DNA of 33,306 nt from a bacterium (GCA_043812655.1 JBDRLW010000032.1:1-33306); one strand, 5' to 3'; numbered from the stretch's first letter, positions 1 through 10,587 are shown. Numbers and translations: made by a program. Notes: generated by a model from the letters alone, not told the origin.

Positions 1-723
1 TTTGCCGGCGGGAAAAGATTCCGGCCAACGCTTTGCCTTGCTGTTGCAGAAGTTTTAGGTTGTCCGTCTAAAAAGGTCTTACCCTTTGCCTGCGCGGTCG
101 AAATGATCCACACCTTTACTCTCATCCACGATGATCTGCCACCGATGGATAATTCCGATCTGCGCCGGGGCAAAACAACTTGCCACAAAGAATATGGCGA
201 AGCTCTGGCAATTTTAGCCGGCGATGGGCTCAATACTTTAGCTTTTAAGATCATCGCTAATTACCCCAAAGCTTTAAGCGAATTGGCTTCCGCGCTAATG
301 GTTGTAGTTGAAGGGCAGGTAGCTGACATCCAATCAACTAAAAAGAAAATGTCGATCAAAGAATTAGTAGAGGTCCATAACTGGAAAACCGGGGCGCTTT
401 TAATAGCTTGTGTTAGGGGAACCGCCTTAATTTGCGGCGCGTCACCAAAAAAAGTGGAAGCTTTAACTAATTATGCCCACCATCTGGGTCTTGCCTTCCA
501 GATTGCCGATGATATACTTGATTCAACGTCGACTAGCGAACAGCTGGGAAAGCCAGCCGGAGCCGATATTGGCAAAGGGTTTCCTTTTGTGGTCGGGCTG
601 GATAAGTCAAAAGAGCTGGCGGCTGAAGAGATGGCTAAAGCGATAAAAGCTGTGTCAATCTTTGGCAAAAAATCGTCCAGTTTAATTAGTTTGGCAGAAT
701 ATGTTCTAAGCAGAAAAAAATGA
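1..723 (+). CDS. ispA: Polyprenyl diphosphate synthase (FPP/GGPP synthase), 5'-truncated by the window
   Basis: Frame is open from base 1 (FAGGKRFRP...). First Asp-rich motif LIHDDLPPMDNSDLRRG; also GQ..D, KTGAL and second motif FQIADDILD. Confidence 0.93.
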   Translation, partial: FAGGKRFRPTLCLAVAEVLGCPSKKVLPFACAVEMIHTFTLIHDDLPPMDNSDLRRGKTTCHKEYGEALAILAGDGLNTLAFKIIANYPKALSELASALMVVVEGQVADIQSTKKKMSIKELVEVHNWKTGALLIACVRGTALICGASPKKVEALTNYAHHLGLAFQIADDILDSTSTSEQLGKPAGADIGKGFPFVVGLDKSKELAAEEMAKAIKAVSIFGKKSSSLISLAEYVLSRKK

Positions 724-2093
724 TCTACCCAAATAAAGAAGAGTTTAATAAGTTAGCGGAAAAAGGGAATTTGATCCCGGTCTATAAAGAGATCGTGGCT
801 GATATGGAGACGCCGGTTTCGGCCTACCGCAAAATAGCTGGCGAATGTTCTTTTCTCCTTGAATCAGTTGAAGGAGGGGAAAAGATCGCCAGGTATTCGT
901 TTTTAGGGACAAGTTCTATGTCCGATGTCCTATGTCCCAAGTCGTTTGAAGAGATCAGGGAAATCTTAAAAAGATATAAAGCGATCAGAATTCCTGGACT
1001 GCCCAGATTTAATGGCGGTTTAGTCGGTTATATCAGTTACGACGCGGTCAGGGAGATAGAGAAAATTCCGGACAAGAATCCGGATACTTTAAACCTTCCT
1101 CTCATGCAATTTATCCTGGCCGATTCGCTTTTAGTCTTCGATCACATTAAACGCAAGATCATTGTGATCTCCAATGCCAAAGCTGGGGGCTATGAGCAAG
1201 CTTGCGCTAAGATCGCGGAGATAGAAAACAAGTTAAAGCAACCTATCGGGGCAGAAACTGAACTAGTTAATTCCGACCAAAAAGATTTTACATCGAGCAC
1301 GACAGAAGAAGAGTTTAAAACTATCGTGAAAAAAGCCAAAGCCTATATTCGCTCTGGTGATATTATCCAGGTCGTGCTCTCACAAAGATTAAAGACGGAA
1401 ACCAAGCTGGCCCCCTTTGATATATATAGGAAACTCCGGATGATAAATCCATCGCCATACATGTACTATCTTGATCTTGGCAGGACCAAAGTTATCGGCG
1501 CGTCGCCGGAAGTGATGGTCAGGCTAGAGGGCAAAACAGCGACACTTAGGCCGATCGCTGGGACTAGGCCGCGTGGCAAGACCGAAGAAGCCGACAAAAA
1601 GCTGGCGGTTGAACTTTTGGCTTCAAAAAAAGAACGGGCCGAACATATTATGCTGGTCGACCTCGGCCGGAATGACCTGGGGAGAGTTTGTGATTACGGC
1701 ACAGTTAAAGTCACGGAAGAGATGACAATTGAGCGTTATTCCCACGTCATGCATATTGTCAGCAATGTGACCGGCAAACTTAAAAAAGGAAAAGATTCGA
1801 TCGACCTCCTAAAGGCTTGTTTTCCGGCGGGAACTGTTAGCGGCGCGCCTAAAGTCCGGGCCATGGAGATAATTGATGAACTTGAGAACCTTAAACGGGG
1901 GCTTTACGCCGGTTGTGTCGGTTATTTAAGTTTTTCCGGCGATCTAGACACGGCGATCGCAATCAGAACGATCTTACTTAAGGATAATGAGGCTTTTATC
2001 CAGGCTGGGGCAGGGATCGTCATGGATTCTGATCCCGGTAAAGAGCACCTAGAGACATTAAATAAAGCCCGGGCCCTTCTTCTATCTTTATGA
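720..2093 (+). CDS. trpE: Anthranilate synthase component I
   Basis: [67 protein letters not shown] and NPSPYM are Trp feedback-site motifs. ATGA overlap with ispA. Confidence 0.9.
   Translation: MIYPNKEEFNKLAEKGNLIPVYKEIVADMETPVSAYRKIAGECSFLLESVEGGEKIARYSFLGTSSMSDVLCPKSFEEIREILKRYKAIRIPGLPRFNGGLVGYISYDAVREIEKIPDKNPDTLNLPLMQFILADSLLVFDHIKRKIIVISNAKAGGYEQACAKIAEIENKLKQPIGAETELVNSDQKDFTSSTTEEEFKTIVKKAKAYIRSGDIIQVVLSQRLKTETKLAPFDIYRKLRMINPSPYMYYLDLGRTKVIGASPEVMVRLEGKTATLRPIAGTRPRGKTEEADKKLAVELLASKKERAEHIMLVDLGRNDLGRVCDYGTVKVTEEMTIERYSHVMHIVSNVTGKLKKGKDSIDLLKACFPAGTVSGAPKVRAMEIIDELENLKRGLYAGCVGYLSFSGDLDTAIAIRTILLKDNEAFIQAGAGIVMDSDPGKEHLETLNKARALLLSL
909..943. repeat. Degenerate heptamer tandem array inside trpE
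   Basis: ACAAGTT-CTATGTC-CGATGTC-CTATGTC-CCAAGTC, encoding [12 protein letters not shown]. Confidence 0.7.
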
Positions 2094-3328
2094 TCAACTT
2101 TCGGATGCTTAAACTTTCCGATCTTCTTCTCTGGTCGGCAACTGGAATTTTATTAGTACTCGGTATTCTCGCTATCTTTAGTGCTACTTTCAGGATGCAG
2201 TTTAAACTTAGCGCCGATCCTTTCCTCTTTGTTAAACGCCAATCCATTGCTTTTTTGATCGGTTTTATCGGTTTGAGCCTGGCCGCATATTTCGATTATC
2301 GCCATTTAAAAAAGATCGCTCCTTATGTATATGGCGTGACGATCCTTCTTTTAGGCTTGGTTCTTTTTACCGGCCATGGGGCGCAAGGGGCACAACGGTG
2401 GATAGCGCTCGGTTCCTTTACTTTTCAGCCCTCGGAATTTTCTAAGCTTGGGCTGATCCTGGTCTTAAGCGTCTTTTTTGCTAATCGGGAAAAGATCAAG
2501 GGCTTAATGGATACAGGCTATTTGTTGGTTTTAATGGGGATACCGTTCCTCCTGATTTTTAAACAACCGGATCTTGGGACGGCACTGGTCTTTATGGCCA
2601 TTTTGTTTGGCATGCTAGCGTCTTCCGGCCATTCACCAAAACTATTGATCATTTTAGGCACGCCGATCATTTCGATCTTTATGCGGCCATTTCTTTATGT
2701 CTGGATAATTTATCTCTTAGGCTTGGCTCTTTATCTTTTTCTTTCCCGGGCTAAAACCTGGGAATGGCTGGTTATTTTTGGGAGTAATTTGGCCGTTGGC
2801 CTAGCATTACCCATGATCTGGGGAATGCTCAAAACCTATCAACAAAAGCGGATCGTCGCTTTCCTTAATCCGAAAGCCGATCCATTTGGCGCCGGTTATC
2901 ATACCATCCAAAGCTTAATTGCGATCGGGGGCGGGGGTCTCTTTGGCAAAGGTTTTCTTCAAGGGACGCAAACCCAGCTCCAATTTATTCCCGAACAACA
3001 TTCCGATTTTATCTTTTCGGTGATCGGTGAAGAATTTGGTTTTGTCGGGTCATTAATCGTTATTATTCTTTTTGGGGTGGTTATTTGGCGGGGACTAGTG
3101 ATCGCGGCCGAAGCGCGTGATCCTTTCGGTAAAATGCTGGCCTCGGGTATTGTGACCTTGCTCACTTTTCACGTCTTTGCTAATATTGGCATGGTCTTGG
3201 GGATCCTCCCTGTGGTCGGCATTCCTCTGCCATTCTTAAGCTTTGGGGGGACATCACTGATCATCAACTTAACCGCGATCGGTATCCTGCAAAGCATCTC
3301 CATGCGCCGGCATAAGTTAATCTTTTAG
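2090..3328 (+). CDS. rodA: Rod shape-determining SEDS glycosyltransferase RodA
   Basis: GAQRWI, FQPSEFSK, QPDLGTA, YQQKRI..FLNP..DP.GAGY, IPEQHSDFIF, GIPLPFLSFGG. A separate FtsW paralogue sits in the dcw cluster. Confidence 0.92.
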   Translation: MINFRMLKLSDLLLWSATGILLVLGILAIFSATFRMQFKLSADPFLFVKRQSIAFLIGFIGLSLAAYFDYRHLKKIAPYVYGVTILLLGLVLFTGHGAQGAQRWIALGSFTFQPSEFSKLGLILVLSVFFANREKIKGLMDTGYLLVLMGIPFLLIFKQPDLGTALVFMAILFGMLASSGHSPKLLIILGTPIISIFMRPFLYVWIIYLLGLALYLFLSRAKTWEWLVIFGSNLAVGLALPMIWGMLKTYQQKRIVAFLNPKADPFGAGYHTIQSLIAIGGGGLFGKGFLQGTQTQLQFIPEQHSDFIFSVIGEEFGFVGSLIVIILFGVVIWRGLVIAAEARDPFGKMLASGIVTLLTFHVFANIGMVLGILPVVGIPLPFLSFGGTSLIINLTAIGILQSISMRRHKLIF

Positions 3329-4341
3329 TGGTATAACCGGTATCTGGTCGCCTTGCCAATTCCTTCTCTGGCTACTAAACCACTCGTAATAAGCGGAGTA
3401 ATGAGCTGGTTGATACGGGCTCTGGTTATTTTCATCTCATCTCGCAAGATCGCTACATTAATATAAGGCCTATCTCGAATAATTCTAACTAATTCTTCCT
3501 GGCGGGGAGAGAGTAGGAGCTTATGCTTTGAAGAGACTTGCAGATCTTCGATCCTCTTCTTAGCGTCTTTTAAGGTTTTAATGATCCCTTCGGCGACATA
3601 TTCGATCCAATAGGTTAGATCATCATCAAGTTCTCTGGCTTGTTCGATCTTTTGATAATAGAATTGGCGATTGCCGGCAAAGAATTCATCAAGGCTGAAG
3701 ATGTGATGAGTATCGTAGCCGCGCTGGAAAATCAGCCAAGTGCCAATCGCCCGAGCGATCCGGCCATTTCCATCGGAAAAAGGGTGGATCGAGACGAGAC
3801 GATGGTGGAGGATAGCGCAAACCAGAATAGCATGTAAGTCTTTCGTCTCTTTCTTCTCTAACCAACTAACCAATTCACCAACTAATCCCGGCGTTTCCTC
3901 CGGAGTAGGGGGCGTATAGATCTTGACCCCTTTTTCATTAGCGACAAAATTCTGTTTTATCTTATACTTGCCAGAAGCTTCAGCCGGCAGTAAGTTTTGG
4001 GTAAGCATTTGATGTAAATTAAGAAATGATTCTTCAGTTATTTTAGTGTGAGCGTTTTTTTCGATCCAATGCATCGCTTCGAGGTAGTTGGTGACCTCTT
4101 TTTCATGGATCTGCGGTACGCCCGTCTTTTCACCGCGCGAAATAGCATTAACTTGGTTCAAGGTTAAAGGATTTCCTTCAATAGCCGTGGAAGAGTGGGT
4201 GTTTTTGGTCCTAGCTTCTCTTTGTAACACAGGAAGCCAGGAAACCTGCAAAGTATTACCCTCTATCCAAGCCCGAAGTGAGCTAGCTTCGTCAACTAGC
4301 TTGAGCAGATAGGGCGTTATTCGATATTTAGGCTTGTACAT
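3325..4341 (-). CDS. Fic-domain protein (AMPylase type) with C-terminal winged HTH
   Basis: Canonical Fic motif HPFSDGNGRIAR; N-terminal inhibitory motif STAIEGN; C-terminal LSPRQ...GLVAREGIGKATRY wHTH. Confidence 0.93.
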   Translation of the reverse strand: MYKPKYRITPYLLKLVDEASSLRAWIEGNTLQVSWLPVLQREARTKNTHSSTAIEGNPLTLNQVNAISRGEKTGVPQIHEKEVTNYLEAMHWIEKNAHTKITEESFLNLHQMLTQNLLPAEASGKYKIKQNFVANEKGVKIYTPPTPEETPGLVGELVSWLEKKETKDLHAILVCAILHHRLVSIHPFSDGNGRIARAIGTWLIFQRGYDTHHIFSLDEFFAGNRQFYYQKIEQARELDDDLTYWIEYVAEGIIKTLKDAKKRIEDLQVSSKHKLLLSPRQEELVRIIRDRPYINVAILRDEMKITRARINQLITPLITSGLVAREGIGKATRYRLYH

Positions 4342-4348
4342 GAATTAT

Positions 4349-4378
4349 ATTGTATCATTACGTCAAGTGTTCGTCAAG
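4349..4378 (-). promoter_or_regulatory. sigma70-type promoter of fic with overlapping direct repeat
   Basis: Minus strand TTGACG-N17-TACAAT with TG extension, 7 nt before the ATG. CTTGACG occurs twice, 11 bp apart (4361-4367, 4372-4378). Confidence 0.7.
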
Positions 4379-4399
4379 GATTGCGTATAGTGGCAGGCA

Positions 4400-4433
4400 T
4401 GAAATTTTTACTAAAACATTACGATAAATATAT
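4400..4433 (+). promoter_or_regulatory. Putative sigma28-like promoter upstream of orphan genes
   Basis: GAAA-N15-TACGATAA versus consensus TAAA-N15-GCCGATAA. The same TGAAATT-N16-GATA-N3-ATAT layout recurs at 23672-23705. Confidence 0.4.
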
Positions 4434-4465
4434 GTCAAGCAAACTGTTAATTTGGAGGACTAAAA

Positions 4466-4849
4466 ATGGTAGCAAATATCTGGGGACATCGAGCTCCGCG
4501 AACTGATTCAAGCGGAATGACTACTCAAGTAAAACTTCAAATATCAGTTAACAGAAGTTTGTCATCCAGAATGAGACAATTATTACAAAATATTAATGAA
4601 AATCTCTCTCTGATCGCTAAATATCTTAACAATCGGGGCAGAATTGCTCAATTAGGCATCCAAAAATATCAGCCAGGAGGCGGAGAGATCAAAAATGTAC
4701 AAGAGTTAGAAGTAGAAGTAGCGACTATAAATTGGAAATTAAACCATAAAGATTTTTATCAGGATCCAGATAGTTTATTAAGAGCAATTAATGGATTAAA
4801 TAAAATATTTCATGTAGCTAAAGATAAATTATCTAAAACAAATGGCTAA
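4466..4849 (+). CDS. Hypothetical protein (AT-rich orphan, helical)
   Basis: 127-aa ORF with a GGAGG Shine-Dalgarno before the ATG. No recognisable motif. Confidence 0.7.
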   Translation: MVANIWGHRAPRTDSSGMTTQVKLQISVNRSLSSRMRQLLQNINENLSLIAKYLNNRGRIAQLGIQKYQPGGGEIKNVQELEVEVATINWKLNHKDFYQDPDSLLRAINGLNKIFHVAKDKLSKTNG

Positions 4850-4874
4850 TATATAATATTTGAGGAAAATAATC

Positions 4875-5459
4875 TTGATACAAGGTATTGGAACATTAAC
4901 TAAACTGGTCTTAAATATCGCCGGGCCAACAAAACAAGAACGGGCGACGATTGATGATATCCCAGGTGCGATCGAAGTTGGCCAAAAAGAATTCGCCCTG
5001 ACCCGGCCGGGAGAAGGTCGGTCCCCATACCTTGAAACATTCGGTATTAATACTTGTATTGCCCTGGTTTTGTATGACTCGACAACAAAAACCGGAATGT
5101 TAGCTCATATTGACGCGACTACGACGATCAATTCTTATAAAGATATGCTTTATCATCTTAAAAGGGTTGGAGTAAAAAAAAATAACCTTCGAGCCAGTAT
5201 AGTTGGCGGCCAAACCGGAAAATCGGAAGAATTATTACAAAACATCCACAATTTCTTAAAAGATAACATGATCCCAGTTGTCGAGGAGGATGTCCTAGGG
5301 GGAAATAATCGTTCAATTATTTTAGATACTAGAAACGGAAGCATTTCCAACTATCAAGAAACAATTCCAACCAGAAAAAGAGAGGAATGGGAGTCTGTTC
5401 TCTATTTTGCCCTGCGATCTGGACCTCTTTGGTTCTCTAATCAAGGTAATGGTTTATAA
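4875..5459 (+). CDS. CheD/NTAN1/CNF1-superfamily cysteine deamidase-like protein
   Basis: VGQKEF...LETFGINTCIALVLYD...GMLAHID (Cys...His pair), IVGG, EEDVLGG..RSI. The ORF track starts at TTG 4860; TTG 4875 is preferred because GAGG lies upstream. Confidence 0.7.
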   Translation: MIQGIGTLTKLVLNIAGPTKQERATIDDIPGAIEVGQKEFALTRPGEGRSPYLETFGINTCIALVLYDSTTKTGMLAHIDATTTINSYKDMLYHLKRVGVKKNNLRASIVGGQTGKSEELLQNIHNFLKDNMIPVVEEDVLGGNNRSIILDTRNGSISNYQETIPTRKREEWESVLYFALRSGPLWFSNQGNGL

Positions 5460-6659
5460 TTTAAACTTCGCTTCTTTAACGCCCAAAGCTTCAAAGGTCT
5501 CTTTATTAATTGAAACAATAACTTGTTTGCAGGAGATCCACTGGTCTTTTTTCTTCATGAAAACATTACCGGTTAAGGTTAAAAATTCATTTTTATCATC
5601 ATAAGTCGCCGAATCGGCTTTGGCTTCGCGGCCTTTTTGGGTGACAATGACATTGCCAAAAGCTTTAGCGTCGCCGGTCTTGGTCGAGAAAAACATTTTA
5701 TTGGCAGTTACCACCGTCTTTTCATGAAGTAATTCTTTCTGCTCAGGTGATTTCAACTTTTCCACCGATTCCTTTTTTATTACCGCCCCAACTTTTTCTA
5801 TTATTGTTTTTGTTCTCCCCAAAAGACGAAGAGATTTCCGGTTCTTTGAATATACTCCGGAATCGGCGACCGAAACTTTCTTGCCCTGGACAACCTCAAG
5901 ATTGCCGTTTAAAGTTACGTCTTTTTCTGGATCGTTATTAAAACTAGCCTCGTTGCATTTAACCTGGGTCTTGATCTTCTTTTCTTTGAGATCTAAAATA
6001 ATGTTCCCGTTCGCGTTTGATTGTTCTGTTTCCCCAAAATATTCCAGGCTGTCTGCCTTAATTATCCCGTCTTTACGCTTGACCGTGGCTTGACTGGGAA
6101 TAAGCGCAATTTTCCTGTCGTGATCAACATTGATCTGTTCCGCAATAATAATATTATTCCTTTTTATTAAAGTTATATGACCGCTGATCTCCGACGTTTT
6201 ATTGCGGTTTGAATATTTCATCCGGTCGGCGGTAACTTTTGTCCAATCAACCTTGGCTTTCTTTTGGGAAGAAAATTTGCTTAGGTCAATGTCGGCTTTA
6301 ACTTGGCCGAACGCTTCAACAATATCAGTTCGCCGGTAAACATCGGTGCCATTCGCGGAAAGATCGTTAACGATCAAGCGGCCTTCCTTATTATAAATGT
6401 ATCCCTCTGAAACGCCCTGCAAATGGGTGATTTCCTGGTTTTTTTCTGTCCAACCGGTTTTCGCTTTGAATTCCCAAACCCGTTTGCCATCTTTGCGGCC
6501 GGAGGTCCTGGCACTAGTAAATTCCGCGACTTTATTGGTCTTTTCATCGCTGTAATAAGTGGAATCTCTGGGGCTGATCAAATAATAAGCTAACCCTAAA
6601 ACCAACAGGGAAAAAATCGTCGCCACATATACAATCTTCCAGGCAAAACTTTCTTCCAC
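5454..6659 (-). CDS. Membrane-anchored multi-OstA (LptC/LptA-like beta-jellyroll) envelope protein
   Basis: Single N-terminal TM helix; LptC-like G.K.WEFKAKTG segment; repeated OstA-like motifs (IKADSLEY, AFGNVIVTQ, AKADSATYD, LTLTGNVFM). Confidence 0.75.
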   Translation of the reverse strand: MEESFAWKIVYVATIFSLLVLGLAYYLISPRDSTYYSDEKTNKVAEFTSARTSGRKDGKRVWEFKAKTGWTEKNQEITHLQGVSEGYIYNKEGRLIVNDLSANGTDVYRRTDIVEAFGQVKADIDLSKFSSQKKAKVDWTKVTADRMKYSNRNKTSEISGHITLIKRNNIIIAEQINVDHDRKIALIPSQATVKRKDGIIKADSLEYFGETEQSNANGNIILDLKEKKIKTQVKCNEASFNNDPEKDVTLNGNLEVVQGKKVSVADSGVYSKNRKSLRLLGRTKTIIEKVGAVIKKESVEKLKSPEQKELLHEKTVVTANKMFFSTKTGDAKAFGNVIVTQKGREAKADSATYDDKNEFLTLTGNVFMKKKDQWISCKQVIVSINKETFEALGVKEAKFKL

Positions 6660-6665
6660 GGTTTG

Positions 6666-6674
6666 ATTATAGCA
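6666..6674 (-). promoter_or_regulatory. Extended -10 promoter for the Lpt-like gene
   Basis: Minus strand TGCTATAAT, 6 nt before the GTG start. No SD. Confidence 0.6.
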
Positions 6675-6678
6675 GAAG

Positions 6679-7786
<1,108 letters not shown>

Positions 7787-7790
7787 GTTT

Positions 7791-8987
7791 ATGGCTAAGA
7801 AAACTATCGAGGATATTGCTGATTTAAAGGGTAAAAAGGTTTTAGTTAGGGTTGATTTTAACGTCCCGCTCGATGATAAGTTAAATATCACCGATGATAC
7901 TAGGATCAGGTCAGCGGTTCCTACTATTAAATATTTAGCCGATAAAGGGGCAAAAGTTATCCTCGTTTCCCATCTTGGCCGGCCTAAATCAGGTCCAGAA
8001 GATAAATTCCGTTTAGCGCCTCTAGTAAAACCACTTTCTAAACTCATGGGCAAAGACGTTGCCTATGTTAAAGATTGTATCGGGCCAGAAGTTGAAGCAG
8101 CGATCGCTAAATTAAAAGAGGGCGATGTTCTGCTCCTCGAAAATGTCCGCTTCTACAAAGAAGAGGAAAAGAATGACCCGGGATTCGCTAAAAAGCTAGC
8201 CTCACTCGCTGATATTTACGTTAATGACGCTTTTGGTACCGCCCACAGGGCGCATGCTTCGACCGAAGGGGTAACCAAATATCTAAAAGGTTACGCTGGT
8301 TTTTTGATGGAGAAAGAGATCAAGTTTTTAGGCCAGCTTTTAGAGAACCCGGCCAGGCCGTTTGTAGCTATCCTTGGCGGAGCAAAGATCTCCGGTAAGA
8401 TCGATGTTATTCAAAGCCTTCTGTCAAAGGTTGATACTCTGATCGTCGGCGGCGGGATGGCTTACACTTTTTTTAAGGCCAGGAATGTCTCGGTCGGAAA
8501 CTCTTTGGTTGAAGAAGACAAGATCCCTCTAGCCAAAGAAATATTAAAGCAAGCCATCGATCTTAATAAAACGTTAATGCTGCCGATCGACCACGTTGTG
8601 GCCGATAAATTTGACGCCAATGCCAATTCTCAAGTCGTTACTCGGGCCGGTATCCCCGAAAATTGGCAAGGGATGGACATTGGTCCCGACACGATCACCA
8701 AATTTGGACACGCGATCAAAAAAGCTAAAACTATTTTCTGGAACGGGCCAATGGGCGTTTTTGAGTTCGATAAATTCTCGAGCGGAACCATGGCTATCGC
8801 TAAAATGGTCGCTGAAGCAACAACTAAAGGAGCGGTTTCGGTCATTGGCGGCGGTGATTCTGTCGCGGCCATTGAAAAAGCCGGCCTAGCCGATAAAATG
8901 ACGCATATTTCAACCGGTGGCGGCGCGTCACTGGAATTTGTTGAAGGCAAAGTTCTGCCTGGGATTGCGTGCCTTCAAGATAAATAG
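7791..8987 (+). CDS. pgk: Phosphoglycerate kinase
   Basis: [53 protein letters not shown]. Confidence 0.98.
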   Translation: MAKKTIEDIADLKGKKVLVRVDFNVPLDDKLNITDDTRIRSAVPTIKYLADKGAKVILVSHLGRPKSGPEDKFRLAPLVKPLSKLMGKDVAYVKDCIGPEVEAAIAKLKEGDVLLLENVRFYKEEEKNDPGFAKKLASLADIYVNDAFGTAHRAHASTEGVTKYLKGYAGFLMEKEIKFLGQLLENPARPFVAILGGAKISGKIDVIQSLLSKVDTLIVGGGMAYTFFKARNVSVGNSLVEEDKIPLAKEILKQAIDLNKTLMLPIDHVVADKFDANANSQVVTRAGIPENWQGMDIGPDTITKFGHAIKKAKTIFWNGPMGVFEFDKFSSGTMAIAKMVAEATTKGAVSVIGGGDSVAAIEKAGLADKMTHISTGGGASLEFVEGKVLPGIACLQDK

Positions 8988-8991
8988 ATTT

Positions 8992-9064
8992 GGGGCCGTA
9001 GTTCAGCTGGAAGAACGCCTCGTTCGCAACGAGGAGGTCAGCGGTTCGATCCCGCTCGGCTCCA
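8992..9064 (+). tRNA. tRNA-Ala, anticodon CGC (CCA not encoded)
   Basis: Acceptor GGGGCCG/CGGCTCC with G3:U70; D arm GTTC/GAAC; anticodon arm CCTCG-TTCGCAA-CGAGG (CGC at 9025-9027); T arm AGCGG-TTCGATC-CCGCT; discriminator A. Confidence 0.96.
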
Positions 9065-9079
9065 TAAAGGAAGGTTAAA

Positions 9080-9301
9080 ATGAAAGGTTTATTGTTATTG
9101 GTCCAGTTCGTTTCTGCCGCCCTGTTGATAGTCGCTGTTCTTCTTCACGCGGCTAAGGGTGAGGGGTTGGGTGGGATTGGCGGGTCAGCCAAGATTTTTG
9201 GGACGCCCAAAGGCATGGAAGAAGGCCTCGACAAGATCACTTGGGGTTTGGCAATTACCTTCTTGACTATTTCTGTCCTGCTTGCTATATTAAAAGCCTA
9301 A
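9080..9301 (+). CDS. secG: Preprotein translocase subunit SecG
   Basis: Two TM helices flanking VLLH..KGEGLGGIGG...LDKIT. Usual position after glycolytic genes. Confidence 0.9.
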   Translation: MKGLLLLVQFVSAALLIVAVLLHAAKGEGLGGIGGSAKIFGTPKGMEEGLDKITWGLAITFLTISVLLAILKA

Positions 9302-9307
9302 AAAGGG

Positions 9308-9955
9308 GTGTTTATGGAACAACTATTGTCTCCCTTGATCGCGCTTTGGCCGGTCAAAATTAAATTAATTTTAGCGCTAATCATTCCCTTCATCGGGTTT
9401 CTTTTAGCCAAAGCTGTTTGGTGGATCACCACGACCTTGCTTAAAGCCTTGCGCCTTGATCTTGGTGCTAAAAAGATTGGTCTCGCTTCTTTTCTGGAAA
9501 AAGGTGAGATCAAACGGAGTACGATCGACCTGATAGGCGACCTGGCGTACTGGACTACGATCTTTATTTCAATGCTGACGGTCGCCAAAGTGCTGGGGGT
9601 GCCAACCAGGGAGCTGATGTTTGTTTTCTTTGGTTTTATTCGCACGGTTTTTGTTGTTGCCCTTGTCCTGGGGACCGGTTTATTCCTGGCTGCTTTGCTT
9701 TCATCTATTATTAAAGCCATGGCGATCAATTTTGGCTTGGACGGCGCAAAAACCTTTTCCCGCCTCATTTATTATATTGTAATAGTGTTTGCTTTTCTGT
9801 TAGCGTTAGCCCAGCTTGGGATCAAAACAGATTTGATAGTAGCTAAGCTGGACGTGATCATTGGCGCGCTTGGGCTCGCGGCCGCGATCGCCTTTGGCCT
9901 TGGCTGCAAAGACATGGCGGCAGACTTCTTGCATAATCTGTTCAAGGGGAAATAG
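9308..9955 (+). CDS. Conserved-TM-helix membrane protein (MscS-TM/CmpX-like, no channel cytoplasmic domain)
   Basis: Several hydrophobic helices; ALAQLGI and ALGLAAAIAFGLGCKD motifs. Confidence 0.7.
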   Translation: MFMEQLLSPLIALWPVKIKLILALIIPFIGFLLAKAVWWITTTLLKALRLDLGAKKIGLASFLEKGEIKRSTIDLIGDLAYWTTIFISMLTVAKVLGVPTRELMFVFFGFIRTVFVVALVLGTGLFLAALLSSIIKAMAINFGLDGAKTFSRLIYYIVIVFAFLLALAQLGIKTDLIVAKLDVIIGALGLAAAIAFGLGCKDMAADFLHNLFKGK

Positions 9956-9961
9956 CAATCT

Positions 9962-9989
9962 TTTGTAGTTTGTAATTTGTTGGTTGGAT
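9962..9989. repeat. Intergenic heptamer tandem array
   Basis: TTTGTAG-TTTGTAA-TTTGTTG-GTTGGAT (reverse-strand unit CTACAAA). Confidence 0.6.
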
Positions 9990-10014
9990 TTTTGATAAGA
10001 AGGGGGTGAAAAAA

Positions 10015-10575
10015 ATGAAAAAAATCGCTTTAGTTTTGACGATTGTCATTTTAGGGACAGCCGCTTTTGCCGCTAAGCTTCCTACCAAGATGTATAAAGC
10101 AGCTGAGGCCCCAGCCCCAGCTCCAGTTGCCGCTTCAAGCGGTGACTCATGGAGTGGTAAGATGGCTGTTGGCGCAATGGCTGTAACCGGAGTAATTGCT
10201 GCAAATGGTATTTCTACCACTTATGGTATTCCTGTTGTCCAATTTCATTTCAATAAAGAAGTGATGGGGACTTTTGGGGTATCTTATGCCTCGGGTAATA
10301 ATGTGACTAATACAATTATTACTGGTAAAGTTGACTATACCTTGCGAGATGCCGGAGCGGTGCAAAATACCATCGGTGGTTATTTCACCAATATCAGCAC
10401 AACAGGCGTACAAGGTTCAACAATGTTTGGCGGGACATATGGTTTTAGATCTTTGGTTCAGCCAAATCTGGCAATTTCCGGTGATTTAATTGTTTTTGCG
10501 ATGAATTCAGCCGGTGGCGTTTCAACAACCTTAATTTTGCCGGGCGCAATTTTGACTACAAGTTTTTATTTCTAA
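10015..10575 (+). CDS. Putative small outer-membrane beta-barrel protein
   Basis: Signal peptide MKKIALVLTIVILGTAAFA, Ala/Pro linker, alternating beta-strand pattern, C-terminal SFYF (BamA-type terminal Phe). ATG 10015 follows a GGGGGTG SD. Confidence 0.65.
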   Translation: MKKIALVLTIVILGTAAFAAKLPTKMYKAAEAPAPAPVAASSGDSWSGKMAVGAMAVTGVIAANGISTTYGIPVVQFHFNKEVMGTFGVSYASGNNVTNTIITGKVDYTLRDAGAVQNTIGGYFTNISTTGVQGSTMFGGTYGFRSLVQPNLAISGDLIVFAMNSAGGVSTTLILPGAILTTSFYF

Positions 10576-10587
10576 TTGCTCGACATA

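Noticed and set aside
4860..5459. Assigning the symbol cheD
   Set aside because: It lacks the HxMLP motif and chemotaxis context. Only superfamily membership is supportable.
3325..5459. fic islet as a defined mobile element
   Set aside because: No recombinase, terminal repeats or target duplication found. Only AT-richness and accessory content suggest acquisition.
8992..9100. tRNA-Ala as an island integration site
   Set aside because: secG follows directly. No integrase and no duplicated tRNA 3' end in the window.
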